Shown: piece after piece, positions 31,033 through 44,833 of the stretch | Position numbering within the stretch: the stretch's first letter is position 1 | Layout of the letters: the number at the start of each line of letters is the position of its first letter | From: the human T2T-CHM13v2.0 reference genome, Homo sapiens | Direction: 5' to 3' (one strand) | Length of the DNA: 64,000 nucleotides | NCBI RefSeq assembly: GCF_009914755.1 | Contig: NC_060933.1 | The notes under the pieces: generated by a model | Seen by the model: the letters and a program-made list of their open reading frames with translations, nothing else | What the model was told of the DNA's origin: nothing | Database searches by the model: none | Made by a program: the position numbers and the translations under genes

Positions 31033-32036
31033 TCAGGCTAACACTTCCAACTCCCTCTGGTTGGGGTTTTCTGAATCATCTACAGAAAGATGGCTGCTCT
31101 GCTGAGAGCCTGCCTGGGAAACTGGTTTGTATATCCTGTGACCCAAAGCATCCACTTCCTCAAAGGTGTAGCCAGGAGGCTCAGGATATGAAGCTAGGCA
31201 CCTGCCCATTTCCTTGGGAGTAAAGCTGATGGTGTAGGTGGTCTGGCTTTCCACAGGGACATTTCCTCGAGGGCCAGACCAATGAGGCTTACAGCTTTTG
31301 GTATTGATAGGCAGGTGGGGCACATAGTGGGCCCGAGTGGTGGTCAGGCAGTCCAGGGGCTCGGTGGGCAAGTCCAGCTGGGGAACGGGCTTGACTGGCT
31401 CTGTGCGCATGCTGGACCACTGCTTGTAGTCATCCTTGGTGGTGGAAGAGCCTTCAAAGCGACCGCACTTCTTAATCTGAAGTGCAGGTCGGCAGGACTG
31501 AGCTGGGGCACCCTTAGGGCATGTGTAATGGGCCTGCACTGTTGTCAGAAGATCCATCCTGTCTTCGGGAGGGACGTAGGTGATGGGAGCTTTGGAGAAC
31601 ATCCGGGGCATTGGCCAAGCTTGGTACTTATCTCGAAACTCAGTGGTGTTACAGAAAGGCATGTCTAGCCCAGGAGGCCTGGCTAGAGGTTTCAAGCTCT
31701 TGGCAGGCTCCCCCATCAGGCCCCGGTAGGATTGTTTTTGAGTGGTAAGGCTTTCAAAGGGGATTTCACAGGGCCTGAACTTCTCTGCTTCATGCACAAA
31801 GCGCTTCTCCACGGGGTGGGCCACATAGCTCATCTTGTAGTTAGTCACATCCTCCAAGGGGATGTTACAGAGCTTTGGCATGGCCAGAGGTTTACAGCTT
31901 ATGGTCTTCACAAGGCCTTTTATGGGGTAATCGTCCTGGTGTGTGGTTCTGTTATCAAACCTGACTGATGCCGGCTGGTATTTGTGTTCCAGACGAAGTG
32001 GCTCTCGCCTTGGTTGGTTCCAAGGCAAATAATCAG
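31033..32036 (-). CDS. SAXO1: SAXO1 terminal coding exon 4 (Mn-motif repeats)
   Basis: Acceptor ctcttctgctttaatttcag. G|CT GAT TAT TTG CCT TGG = ADYLPW continues into the 331-aa ORF ending RELEVLA*. Repeated TT..xDY-type motifs about every 34 aa. Confidence 0.98.
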
Positions 32037-33429
32037 CTGAAATTAAAGCAGAAGAGGTAATTAATAATAAATCAAGTCAACCAACTTGCATATATTCTAC
32101 AGAGCCCCAAGGTCTTAAGGCAGTCTCCGATGAAGTGTTCTTTGAGACAAAGAAAGAACAGAGCACATCCCTGCTACCACTTCATTCAAACACCTGATGT
32201 GTCAACTTTATGGTACTTGCAGGCAGAAGAGACAAATCTACAGGAGCTCTCATCACACCCCACAATACTGCATGCAGGGATCTTAGAGGGTCCATGGTCG
32301 TGAGAGGATCCAGGGAATCCATTCCTGCAGAAAAGTTCAACCACTAGCTTACTCTGACAACACTTCCTTTCTTCTGTGGAGAAGGTACTTTCTCTGAATC
32401 AGCATGGAAGGAGTGAGAAGATGCATGTGATGTAGTGAGATAGAAAATTCACAACCCACCACTGGTGGGCCACCAGCCAGATGAACCAGGCCTACCTGGT
32501 CGTCTGTGGAGTGACAGCCCACTGTGTCCCTGTAATCCTCACATGTAATCCACATAAATCAAATATGCTGCTCCAAGGGAATAGGGCATTGTATTGGGTG
32601 GTGAGAGAACAGTGGCTGCCACTTATATAAAACTTATTACATAACAGGCAGTATTCTAAGTGCTGTATATATTAACTCACTTAATCTTCAGACTGTCCTA
32701 ATAAGGTGGGTACTATTAATGCCAGTTTTATAGATGCAGAAACAGATATACAGAAAATGAGGGAATTTGTCCCAGCTCACTTGGCTAGAAGTGGAAAAGC
32801 ACAAATGCAAATTCAGACCCAGAGCCCACGATCTGACCCACTCTACTCTCTGGTTCTAACAGTTAGGGAATACCAACTACATGTCGGTCAATTGTGCTCA
32901 AGTCTTTCCATACATGATCTTGTTTCATCTTCACAATAACCCTTTGTGATGGGTATGATTCTCTCCATTCTACAGATTTCTAAATACAAGGCTCAGAGGA
33001 GCTAAGAAACTTGCCCAAAAGTCACATGGCTAGTGAGTTGAGTTGGAATTTAAACCGTATTGTTGTCTCCAAAGCCATGTTCTTCTGATACCTCATATCA
33101 CACTTAGGGGCATTTTATTTCCACATGGAGTAAAGGTTAAAGAAAAAAATAATCAGAGGGAAGATTTTCAGGAGGAAAAGAACTTCAGAATGTTTGAAGA
33201 ATGAAAAGAACTGGCCAATCTAGATGTCCATCTCCAGAGGAACCTCTGCTGTGGGGCTGGAATGGCCAACATAATGGGAGGCCTGGACCCCAAGGAAATC
33301 TGCAGTAGAGATGGCCTCCATGCATCTTGAGGACCAGATACTGTCTTCAGGCAGCACTGTAAGCCTTTGAAACTGGCTTTGCCACACAGACCATCAGGGC
33401 CAGCACACCAAGACTGAAAGTCTAGGTGA

Positions 33430-33858
<429 letters not shown>

Positions 33859-36745
33859 TAAAGTAGCCCTAGTGAGCCCTCTGAATCTATAGGGAATTCT
33901 CTTGCTTACTGCTGTACAAAAGGTTAGAAAAAAAAGCTGCTTCCCAGGAGCCTTGGGTATACACACCAACACTAGTGGAGTCCGCAGGCACAATTTGTAA
34001 CAGTTTTATTGAAATCTAATTTGCATAATAAAAGGTACCATCTGAAGTACACAATTTAGTGACTTTTATGGAGTTGTATATCCATCACCAAAATCAAGTT
34101 ATAGAGTATTTGCATCATGCCAAAAATACCAATTATCTTCATTTGTAGTCAGTCTTTACTCCCATCTCCAGCCCCAGGCAACCATTAATTTGCTCTTGGT
34201 CTCTATAACTGCGCATTTTCTGGACATTTCATATAAATAGAATCACCCAATATGTAGCGTTTTGCATCTGGCTTCTTTCACTTAGTGTAATGTAATTGAG
34301 GTTCATCCATAATGTAGCCTGTATCAGTAGTTCACCTTTTTATTGTTGAATAATATTATATGATACCAAATTTTGTTTATCATTCACCAATTGATGGACA
34401 TTTTGAGTTGTTTCTACTCCTTGGCTATTATAAAGAAATTCTGCTATGAGCCTTTGTGAAGAAGTCTGTGTGTGAACATATATTTTCATTTCTCTTGGGT
34501 AGATAATAAAGTGAAATTGCTAGGTTGTACAGAAAAATCTATCTTTAGCTTTTTAAAAAAGATACTGCCAAATGTTCTCAAAGTGGAGAAGTAGATGTGC
34601 CATTTTACATCCCACCAGCAACGTATAAACATTCTCATTTCTCCACATCCTCGTCAATATTTGTTATCATCTGTGTTTTTAAATTATTATAGACATTCCA
34701 ATGGGTATTTAGTAGTATCTTGCAGTGTCATTTACATTTCTCTAATGACTAATGATGTTGAGTATCTCTGCATGCACTTATCCGCTCTTCATGTGCTTTC
34801 ATTGGTAAAATATTGAGATGTTTTGCCCATTTTAAAATTAGATTGTCTTCTTATTGAGTTATAGAATTCTTTGCATGTTCTAAATACAAATCTTACACCA
34901 GGTATGTGATTTACAAATTTTTTTCCAAGTCTATCACTTCTCTTTTCATTTTCTTATTATTTTAACAAAACACCCACCTGACACCTGACTCTTTTCATTT
35001 CTTAATGGTGTCTTTCTAAGTGCCCAAAGGTTTTGAATTGCGATAAAGTCCTATTTATATCTTTAATAAATCATGCTTTTGATGCCATGTCTAAATTCTT
35101 TGCCTGTCCCAAGATATCATAGATTTTTCTCCCATGTTTTATTTTGAAACATTTATAGTTTTAGCTATTACATTTAGGTTTCTGACTCTTTTGAGTTTGG
35201 ATGCGGTAACTTCGTCTTTTTGCATGTGGATATCCAACTGTCCCAGCACCATTCATCAAAAAGACTATCCTCTCCCACACTGAAGTGCCTAGGCATCTTT
35301 GTGAGAAGTCAACGACAATAGACATAAAGGCTTATTTCTGTACTCTCAACTTAGTTGCATTGGTCATTATACTTGTCTTTGTGTCAGTATAACTGTCTCA
35401 ATTGCTGTAGCTTTATAATAAAGTTTTGTAATCAGGAAGTGTAAGTTTTACAACTTAGTTCTTATTTTTCAAAAATACTTTCAGCTATTCTGGTTTATTT
35501 GGATTTCATATATAAAACCTAAAATTACTTTGCCAAGTTCTAAAAAGGAAAAGGAGCCTTCTGAGACTTTGATAGGAATTGCATTGAATCTACAGATCAA
35601 TTTGGGACAACTTTACCTTAATAGTATTGAACCTTCCAATCCATGAACACAGAATGTCCATCATTTTTGTTCAGATTTTAATTTCTCCCAGCAATCGTTG
35701 GTAGCTTTCAGCATGCAAGACTTACACTTGCTTTTTTAAAATTTTATTCCAAGATTTTATTAATTTTGAGGCTATTAAAAAGAGAACAGTTTTCTTGACT
35801 CCATTTTGATTGTCCATGCTAGAATACAGAAACAACTGATTTTTATATATTGTTCAGTACTGACATCTCGCTGAACTCATGTATTAGTTCTGGTAATTTT
35901 TGTGGATTCCTTGGTGTTATCTGCATACAGGATCATGTTGTCTGAGAATAAAGACAGCTTCGCATTTTCCTTTTGAGCCTAGATACATTTACTTGTCTGC
36001 TTGCTTTTCTTGCATTATTGCACTAGCTAGAACCTCCAATACAATATTGAGTGGAAGTGGTGAAAGCTGACATCCTAGCCTTGTTCTCAATCTTAGGGGG
36101 AAGCCATTTAGTCTTTCACATTAAGTATGATGTTTTAGAAGTACAGATTTTTTTTGTGAATGCCCTTTATCAGGCTGAGGAAGTTTCCTTCTAGTCCTAA
36201 GCTTGTTGAGAGCTTTTATGAGTGTTGAACTTTGTCAAATGCTTTCTATCAACCAAGTGGCTTTTTTCTGTTACTTTATTAATGTGGCATATTAATTGAT
36301 TTTCTGATGTTACACCAACTTTGAATTCCCAGAATAAATCTCATAGTTTTATAAATATTGATTCTGTAATTGTCTTTTAAATGAATTAAAAGAAAAAAAT
36401 ATCTTTTTAATGATTTAAGAAGAAAACAAAGAAAAGTATATATTTACCTAGTTACATTTACCAGTATGCTTTACTACTTTTTGTGTAGATTTGTGCTGCC
36501 ATCTGGTATCATTCCCTTTTAGCCTGAAGGATTTCCTTTAGTACTTCTTGCAAGCTAGGTACCTGTAACTTCTCTCCATCCTTATCTGGGAATGTATTTT
36601 GCCTTCATTATTGAATCATAATATCACTAGATATGAAATTCTTGAAGGATAGACTTTTTTCTTTCAAAACTGTGAATATGCAACCAACTGCCTTCAGTCC
36701 TCCATTGTTTCTGAAGAGAACTTAGCCATTAATAATGTCATTTTT

Positions 36746-37053
36746 GGGCCGGGCACGGTGGCTCACGCCTGTAATCCCAGCACTTTGGGAGGCCAAGGTG
36801 GGCTGATCACGAGGTCAGGAGATCAAGACCATCCTGGCTAACATGGTGAAACCCTGTCTCTACTAAAAATACAACAAATTAGCCAGGCGTCGTGGCAGGC
36901 GCATGTAGTCCCAGCTACTAGGGAGGCTGAGGCAGGAGAATGGTGTGAACCCGGGAGGCGGAGCTTGCAGTGAGCCGAGATTGCAGCCACTGCACTCCAG
37001 CCTGAGTGACAGAGCGAGACTCCGTCTCAAAAATAATAATAATAATAATAATA
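36746..37053 (+). mobile_element. AluY with (AAT)n tail
   Basis: gaccatcctggctaac and gagcttgcagtg diagnostics; TSD aataatgtcattttt. Confidence 0.93.
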
Positions 37054-37914
37054 ATGTCATTTTTCTATATGTGATGAGTCATTTCTCTTTTGCCTCCTTC
37101 CAAATCTTTGTTTTTGGCTTTCAACAATTTGACTATGTTATGAATAGATGTGGATCTCTTTGTACTTATTCTATTTGGATTGTGCCTCTTGAATGTATTA
37201 ATAAACATTTTTCATAAAATTTGGCAACTTTCAGCCATTAATCTATCATTTTTCTGCCCCCTTCTTCTCCTTTTGGGGCCATGATTATGAGTATGTTAGT
37301 ACACTTTATGGTATTCCACGAGTCTGGTTTGGACCTTTCTCTTAATTTTTTTCTGTTCTTCAGATTGGGAATCTCTATTGAACTATCCACATTTTTGCTG
37401 ATTCTTATGCCAGCTCAAATCTGCTGTTGAGCCCCTCTAACGAATTTTTTATTTTAGTTATTGCCCTTCCAACTCCAGAGTTTTCATTTGCCTCTTTATT
37501 ATTTCCTGTTACTGATACTCTCTATTTGATGAGCAATTGTTGTCATACTTTTATTTCTTTAAATATGCTTTCCTGTTATTCTTTGACCATATTTATAATA
37601 GCTACTTTGAAATATTTGTCTGCGATGTCCAACATCTGGGCTCCTGCAGAGATACTTTCTGTTGACTGCTTTTTCCCCCACCATGCATGGGTCATACTTC
37701 CCTTTTTCACATCTTACAATTTTTTTGTGTAAAACACAACACTTTAGATAATATGCTGCAGCAACTCTGGATTCTGATCCCCATTGGGAGTTGGTTTTAC
37801 TTGTGTTTAGCTTACCTGCACTAATTCCATAGAGTCTTATCTTCCCTGCAGTGTATGGCTACCGATATTTTTGTTCATTTTTTTCTTTTTAATTTGTTTT
37901 TGTTTTTAATTTGC

Positions 37915-38192
37915 TTGTTTGTTTTGAGATGGTGTCTTGCTCTTGTTGCCCAGACTGGAGTGCAGTGGCACGATCTCAGCTCACTGCAACCTCCGCCTTC
38001 CCGGGTTCAAGCGATTCTCCTGCCTCAGCCTCCTGAGTGGCTGGGATTACAGGCGTCCACCACCACACCCAGATAATTTATTGTTTTCTTTTTTTGTATT
38101 TTTACAAAAAAATACAAAACCTCCTGACCCCATGATCTGCGCACCTGGGCCTCGCAAAGTGCTAGGATTATAGACGTGAGCCACCTTGCCTG
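37915..38192 (-). mobile_element. AluS with internal deletion
   Basis: Antisense dimer lacking ~40 bp of the left arm (see findings). Confidence 0.85.
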
Positions 38193-40506
38193 ACTTCTTA
38201 AGGGTCACTCTGTCAGCATAGTTTAGTGGTCAGCCAATGATTGGTCAGAAGTTAAACTTAAGAACTTTAAGCCAGTAAGGCATTCACACTTTGCCAATGG
38301 AGCTGTGTGTGGGTTAGGAAAAACACATACAAAGATCAGGCAGTTTATAAGTCTCATTTGGCTTTTACTTCCTATTGGGCTTTCTCATGCCTCCCCTACA
38401 CAAGCACTAGGCCTAACTAGGGATGATTAGGGATGATAAGTTGATAGATGGGCTCCTCTCTGATTGCCCTTGAGCCTGCATGTAGCCTTGCCCATGTGCA
38501 CAGCCTTCCAGACTACTCAACCAGGGATGATGAGTTGATAGATGGGTTTCTTTCTGATTGCCCTTTAGTCTGCACACAGTCTTGCCCATATGCACAGCCT
38601 TCCCGACCACCAGGAATACATATGAGCTTATCAAGACCCACTGTGTCTGTCTCATTCTCTGAAGCTCCCTTCTTACATTCCTAGCTGGTTTGCTGGTCTG
38701 TTGCTTGCCACAACTAGCACTGCAGCCTCAGACTAACTCAGAAGTTGTCTTCCCTGATTTCTTGCCATTAAGCTCACTATTGTTTTTATTGAAACTCCTG
38801 GGGATGCACTCTATTCCCAATCAAGTCAGGCCCCACTGACAGCACAGCTGCTTGTTTCCACAGCCTAGCCTGCTCCGGCAGAGCCACTACATAAATGAAA
38901 CAGCAGGGGTGGGGATGGGGTGATGGAAGCAGCCCCAGAATAAAACATCACAGACTCCTAGTGTTAATAACCAAGGTGCCACAGTTTCTTTAATAAATGC
39001 TTCTCAATTTTTTTGCATACCAGTGGCTGATTTCCAGAGTCTAGAAATGGTTGATTTTCACTGTTTTGTCCAGTTTTGTCATTGCTTTTTGGGAAGAGGA
39101 TTTGCCAAGCTCCTTACTCCTCATCTCCAGAAGTCCTGATACCACCCCCTCATCCACCAGCAGGCTCTTAAGTTTATTTTAGGCTGATAATACTACCAAC
39201 TATTTATCTAAAATTGGCTTCATTTTAATTGAAAATCTAATCTTTCTCCAAGAGCCATTAACGGCTCTATCAGCATCTTGAAAGCATTAGGGGGCCTTGG
39301 AGGGAACCATCTTGCTGAATATAAACCACATGTTTCCTGCCCACCCCGGCCCCCAGACTCCTGGCCTTGCTGAAACGGAGGCATCTACCTGTAGATGCCT
39401 ACGCACTCCCTCAAGGTACTTGGGGGTGGGGAGGACAGGGCTTTTCTGGCTCTCTTCTGTGATGGATGAAGTGTTAACAAAACAGGTTTCTAAGCTCAAA
39501 GTTGCCTCATGTGATTTCTGATACCCAACAATATAGTTGAAACCACATTATTATCCAAGCCTCCCGACTTCCTCCACCCAGCATTTATTACCAAAAACCT
39601 CTACAGGACCCTGAAAAACCTCAGAATTTCACATGACAAACTATTCATATGCCAGTAAAGCCCTTCAGGGCCAGAGTGTCATGTGGGTAATTGGCAAGAA
39701 CTTCTTTAAAAGGGATTCCATTCAATAATGTGCCTTTAAAAAAACAGCTAAACCTAAAGCTGAGCATCAAGTAATTACACTCTCAATCTTTCCAATTGCA
39801 CAGTGTTTTGAAAATGTCACAAATTACAACCAAATGCCGCTAAAGCATATTTTATTGGTGGTTTTCTGGACCCCAGTAAAGGTGCTGGCCATAGAGTGAA
39901 AAGGGGAAAAAAAGATTTCATATTTTTTCTGTGGAACAAATGTAAGCAGAGCATATAGACAAAATCTAGATGGCACCCACTGAAACATGTATTTAATAAC
40001 CTTGGTCTTTGGTTTCTCTTTGGGTGGTAGAGGAGGAAGAGAATCAACGTATGGTCATAAAACATGAAGGTTGTTATGGAAAAGACTTAAGAAAGCAGCA
40101 AATTTTCACAAGACACAAACATGTCACCCAAGGGGTGATACACCAAGAGATAAGGGCGTGACCCCTCATAAATGCATGGGGTTATTAAGGACTGACCCAA
40201 CCAAATGGTAAGTGGCATGGGCCTTCTCAATCCTCACTTCTGCTCCTGGCCAGGACCCACAGGGTAATAGCCTGGGTGGGGATTTGTGTAGATATGCCAA
40301 ACTCTGTCACCTGGAGCCCTTGTAAACAATGGTTCAGAACCATTCATCCATTGAGTCCCTCACTTGACACACTTTGTTGTGTCATTCCCTGTGTTCGATG
40401 CTGGGAATACAGATGTTGGGCATTCAAGGCACAGTTTGGGAAGCCCTTCTATCACAGGTGAGTGACAGAACAAACAAACCACTTCAATTAATAGAATAAA
40501 AGTATT

Positions 40507-40878
40507 TGCTATAGTCTGAATGTGCCCCAAAATTCATGTGCTGAAACTTAATCCCCAATACGGTGGTATTGGGAGGTGAGGCCTTTTGGGAAATGATTGC
40601 ATCATGCGGGCTCCACCTTCATGAATGGATTAGCACTGCTATACAATGACTGGAGGGAGCTAGCCAAGGCCCTTTTTTCCTTCTGGCTTTCACCACATGA
40701 GGACACAGCAACAAGGCACCATCTTGGAAGCAGAGAGCAGACCCTCACTGGACACCAAACCTATCAGCGCCTTGATCTTGAACTTCCCAGCCTTCAGAAC
40801 TGCGAGAAATAAATGTCTTATTTATAAATTACTCACTCTCAACTATTTTTGTTACAGCAGCACAAATGAACTAAGAAA
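40507..40878 (+). mobile_element. MaLR solo LTR (MSTC/D or MLT1A-like)
   Basis: tgctatagtctgaatgtgccccaaaattcatgtgctgaaacttaatcccc...gaactaaga. Confidence 0.85.
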
Positions 40879-41223
40879 GTAGTATTCAAAAAAAAACCTC
40901 ATAAGACACACATGTTGCAAACTGGTACCCATAGGTTAATCTAACTATAAGTGTTTCCTTTAGCTACATACTGATTTGTTTTAAAATCGGAATTGCAGAG
41001 GAAAACTATGAACTCCAACCTCAAATGCACATGTTCCAAGAACAAAAACCCTGTCCATCTATGCATGCCTGGTTCTGAGCAGTCCAGTTCAGACTTGACT
41101 GGTGTTCATTTATTAACTCTGTTTAAGTAGGCAAGCAGTTAAGAGGTACCAGAAGTTTAAGGAAACTGAGGAAGAAAATAGGATTTTCTCAATTTTAACT
41201 TTGTCAGTAGGGAAGTCAGCCAT

Positions 41224-41640
41224 TATATTAGTCAGTTCTTGCACTGCTATAAAGAAATGCCTGAGATTGGGTAATTTATAAAGAAAAGCAGTTGAATTGG
41301 CTCATGGTTCTGCAGGATGTACAGGAAGCATGGTAGCATCTGTTTCTGGGGAGGCCTCAGGGAGTTTTACTCATGGTGGAAGGCAAAGTGCAATAAGGCA
41401 TCCTACACGGCAGGAGCAGGACAGAGAGCGCGAGTCGGGAGGTGGGGAGGTGCCAAACGCTTCTAAACAAGCAGATCTCAGGGGAACTCACTCATTTTAC
41501 AGTACTAAGGGGGCAGGGGGGTGCTAAACCATCAAAAACCGCCCCCATTATACAATCACCTCTCACCAGGCCCCACCTCCAACACTGAGGATTACAATTC
41601 AACATGAGATTTCATGGGGGCAGAGACCCAAACCCTGTCA
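41224..41640 (-). mobile_element. MSTA-like MaLR solo LTR
   Basis: tattagtc...gctataaagaaat...gggtaatttataaagaaaag...ccaggccccacctccaacac...acaattcaacatgagattt. Confidence 0.87.
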
Positions 41641-41787
41641 GCCATGATTCAGTTTAAGCTGTGGAATACTCACTCTTCTGTAGTTTGAAGAGGACAGCCT
41701 GAGATGTAGCTGTATGGACAAAGGGAGAGACAGGGGAAAATGGCAGTGAAAGAGATTAAACAAAGAGTACTGCTGGGGTGTGGTGGG

Positions 41788-41860
41788 GTGCATGCGTGCG
41801 TGCGTGTGTGTGTGTGTGTGTGTATGTGTGTGTGTGTGTGTGTGTGTATGTGTGTGTGTG
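41788..41860. repeat. (TG)n compound microsatellite
   Basis: Directly visible, with TGCG and TATG interruptions. Confidence 0.96.
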
Positions 41861-44202
41861 TTGAGCGGTAAGTAGTCTGCTGGGGAGAAGTAGGGAGGAC
41901 TTCTCTTTAAATGCTACATATAGACCTCCTCCATCCTTGCCAACCCCCAAGACAAGCAAGGAGCATTTTTCACTCGCAGACCTCTCCCTGCACCTAGGGC
42001 AAGGTGGAAGAGAGGGAACTGAACTGACAGGCAGGAGCTCTGAAGAGTCTCTCCCTATACTAAGATTCATAAACCAACAGGGCCCACAAAGACAGTGTAG
42101 AGGAGAGGCGAGTCCGCCATCGGATATGCCATATCACAGTCCCTTATTCCCTCCACCCATCGTGGAAAGCGCTTACTGCAGTTTCATTCCTCTATCCCAC
42201 TAGCTCAATGTCTGTGCTGCCTTATTTCTGGTCTTCTTGTAAACACTGGATTAAAAAGGAGAAGAATGCATTCAGTAGAGGCAAAAGTGCCCCCCAACAC
42301 CCTACCCATGGTCATACACCTGGTTGTATGGACTCCTGTGTGGTGCCTGCTGTGAGAGGGTAATTGGGAAAGAAAAAGACAAACAGATCCCTGCCCCTTG
42401 GAGGTTACAGCCTGGCCATTAAAGGAAGCATTAAAAGTACACAATGCATGATAAGACAGGGGAGTGCAAGGCACCCATATAGCATCCAGCCTGACATGGC
42501 GGAAGGGCTCAGAATGTGATCTTTCAGCTGCTAGCTGAAAGGATAAGTGCTAGATTAAGGAAGCAGAAGGATTCTATATAGAAGGCATCACATGTGCTAA
42601 ACAAATGCCCTGAAGCAGAAAAGAAATGTAGGAAGGGACCTGAAAGAAGGCCCTGAGGCTGGAGCAGAGGGGCTTAGAAGACACCAGGACTTCCAAGGCA
42701 TCAGAGGAGGCAGAAAAGGTTTGGGTTTTTATCGTAATAGGATCATATGATTTGATAAAATAATATGATTTGATAAAATAATGATTTTAACGTTTGATAA
42801 AATGATATGATTAGACAAAATAATGATTTTATCAAATGATTATCTGAGGAGTTTTATACAAAGGAGTGGTCAGATCAGATTGCCATGTATAGAAGACTGC
42901 TCTGCTCCCTTTCTGTGGAAAATGAGTAAAAGCTGACAAGACTAGAGATATGCTCAGGTGTGTGCCCAGGTGTAGACATGGGGAAAACAGGATTAGGGCT
43001 TTGCTAGGAGGAAACAGCAAAAGGGCTGAAGAGAGAGGGACTCTCGGCTATCAGTAGGAGCTGGGCTCCAAAGATAGGCCATGAAGTAGAGACTCCATGG
43101 GGAGGGACAGACACAGGAGCGGCTGGTGGTAAGAGGGAGGATTAAGACGTCAATGGACTGGAGGTCCCAAAAAGGCCAAGGACTGTCGTGGTGGGAGGAG
43201 ATAAGAGGACAAGCCCAGAGGACAGGATGCCGATGTGCACAAAGACTTCAGAGGTGGGGCCATTTCAGGGTATGATAACATTCAGAATATTAGTCAGTTC
43301 TTGTACTGCTGATAAAAGGTGGCTTGACCAAAGGTAGCTATCTATGGGGGAGTGTTAGAGGAAGAAGCTAAAGAAAATAAAAGGGCAGAGCCCAGGTTGC
43401 TGAAGAGGCCCACGCCAATCCAGTCTTCAGTTCCTGGAAGAATCAGAGAAACTCAACTAAGCACAGGGTCCTCCAGGATGACAGAATTAGAGGCCCTTCT
43501 AGGAGCTCACATCCCTCCAACCTCCCTACCTCCACCACCCTCTTCACCCTAAATGCTTGGCTTGACTAAATAAAAGTGGCCCTCTCTATTCACAGCATTT
43601 AGAGGTCCGTGAACTGTTCAGCTTGTCCTCCTAGGGCAAGGCAAAGGTTGGTATCATAAGCATGAGTTATTGATTACAAACCTGGTCTCCAGTCTCATGG
43701 TCTCAGTCTTTGCAGCTGAGCTCCATAGAGTGGCTGTCTGCTAGCAAAACACATATGACCACGTATCTTGTCTCTCCACTAGGCTAGAAAGTCAAGGGCA
43801 GGCCATTATGCTTCCTTCAGTTTCTAGGACCACACCTCATAGGTAATATCAATAGATACTCAATAAAGAAAGAAGCAATCCTATTTATATAAAGTTCAAA
43901 ACTGGCGAAACTAATTTAAAGTATTAAAGGTTAAAATAATGGTTATATTCTCATTGGGGAGGGTAACAGAAATGGAGTAGTAATGTTTTATCTCTTGATC
44001 TGGGTACTGTTTATATGGATTTGTTCAGTGCAAATTTATTGATCTCTATAATTATAATTTGTATACTTTTCCATATGTATGTTACATTTTGATATATTTT
44101 TTAAACATGTGAATGAATCAATCACTTAATCAGTGGTAGAAACTAACTTAGCCTGAACTTGAAATGCTTCCCCCAATATAGGATTCAAACTGCAAGCTAA
44201 GG

Positions 44203-44538
44203 CAGGGGTTGGCAGATATTTTGTATAAGAGCCAGGTATTAAGTGTCTTATGCCTCACAGACTGTAGTGTCTCTGTCAACAACTACTCAACTTTGCTACT
44301 ATGCTAAAAAAAAAAGTAGCCATCGATACTGCGTAAATGAATGAATATGGCTGCGTTCCAATAAAACATGAACACTGAATTTTCAATTTTATATCATTTT
44401 CACAGTCCTCAAATTATATCCTTTTGATTTGTTTTTCAATTATTAAAAAAAAATGCTTAACTCTTCTTAGCTCTCCAGCTATACAAAAACAGGCTGCTGG
44501 CCAGATCTGGCCCGTAGGAAGTAGTCTGCCAACTCTTG
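44203..44538 (+). mobile_element. MER58B hAT-Charlie element
   Basis: TIRs caggggttggcaga / tctgccaactcttg; internal aactactcaact and ggctgcgttccaataaaac. Confidence 0.85.
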
Positions 44539-44630
44539 CACTAACTGAGTATGCACATAAAACACATTTCCTGGCCCGCACACAGGCTCAGCCTGTCTTT
44601 CCCCCAATCTGCCCCTCTGTGCTCTCCCAC

Positions 44631-44833
44631 CTTTATAAGTAGGCAAACACTCCATCTTGTCGCTACATGGATATTTACTGTCCCGAGGTTTGATGGGGTC
44701 CACTCGACAGACAGGGTAGGGATTGTAATCTTTCTTATACGTCGTGAGCAAATCCATATTCTCTTCACTCGGGACGAACTGGTCATACTGGTGGACCTTC
44801 ACTGGTGCCACTTTGTGAGGCCCAAAATCTCTC
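44631..44833 (-). CDS. SAXO1: SAXO1 coding exon 3
   Basis: Acceptor cttccttacag, donor G|gtggga. 203 nt, phase 2 to 1. RDFGPHKVAPVK...MDLLTTYKKDYNPY...MECLPTYK, inside ORF 44479..44853. Confidence 0.96.

Larger units (their letters stand above)
33995..39140 (-). mobile_element. Ancient L1M (one rearranged element or two) in SAXO1 intron 3
   Basis: Antisense L1 3'UTR and ORF2 (cccagcaccatt, gcattgaatctacagatc, cctccaatacaatattga) to ~36340, then ORF1/5'UTR-like sequence ending ccagaagtc at ~39136. Confidence 0.8.

Noticed and set aside
31282-31968. Plus-strand ORFs overlapping SAXO1 exon 4
   Set aside because: Antisense shadows of a coding exon, with no independent support.
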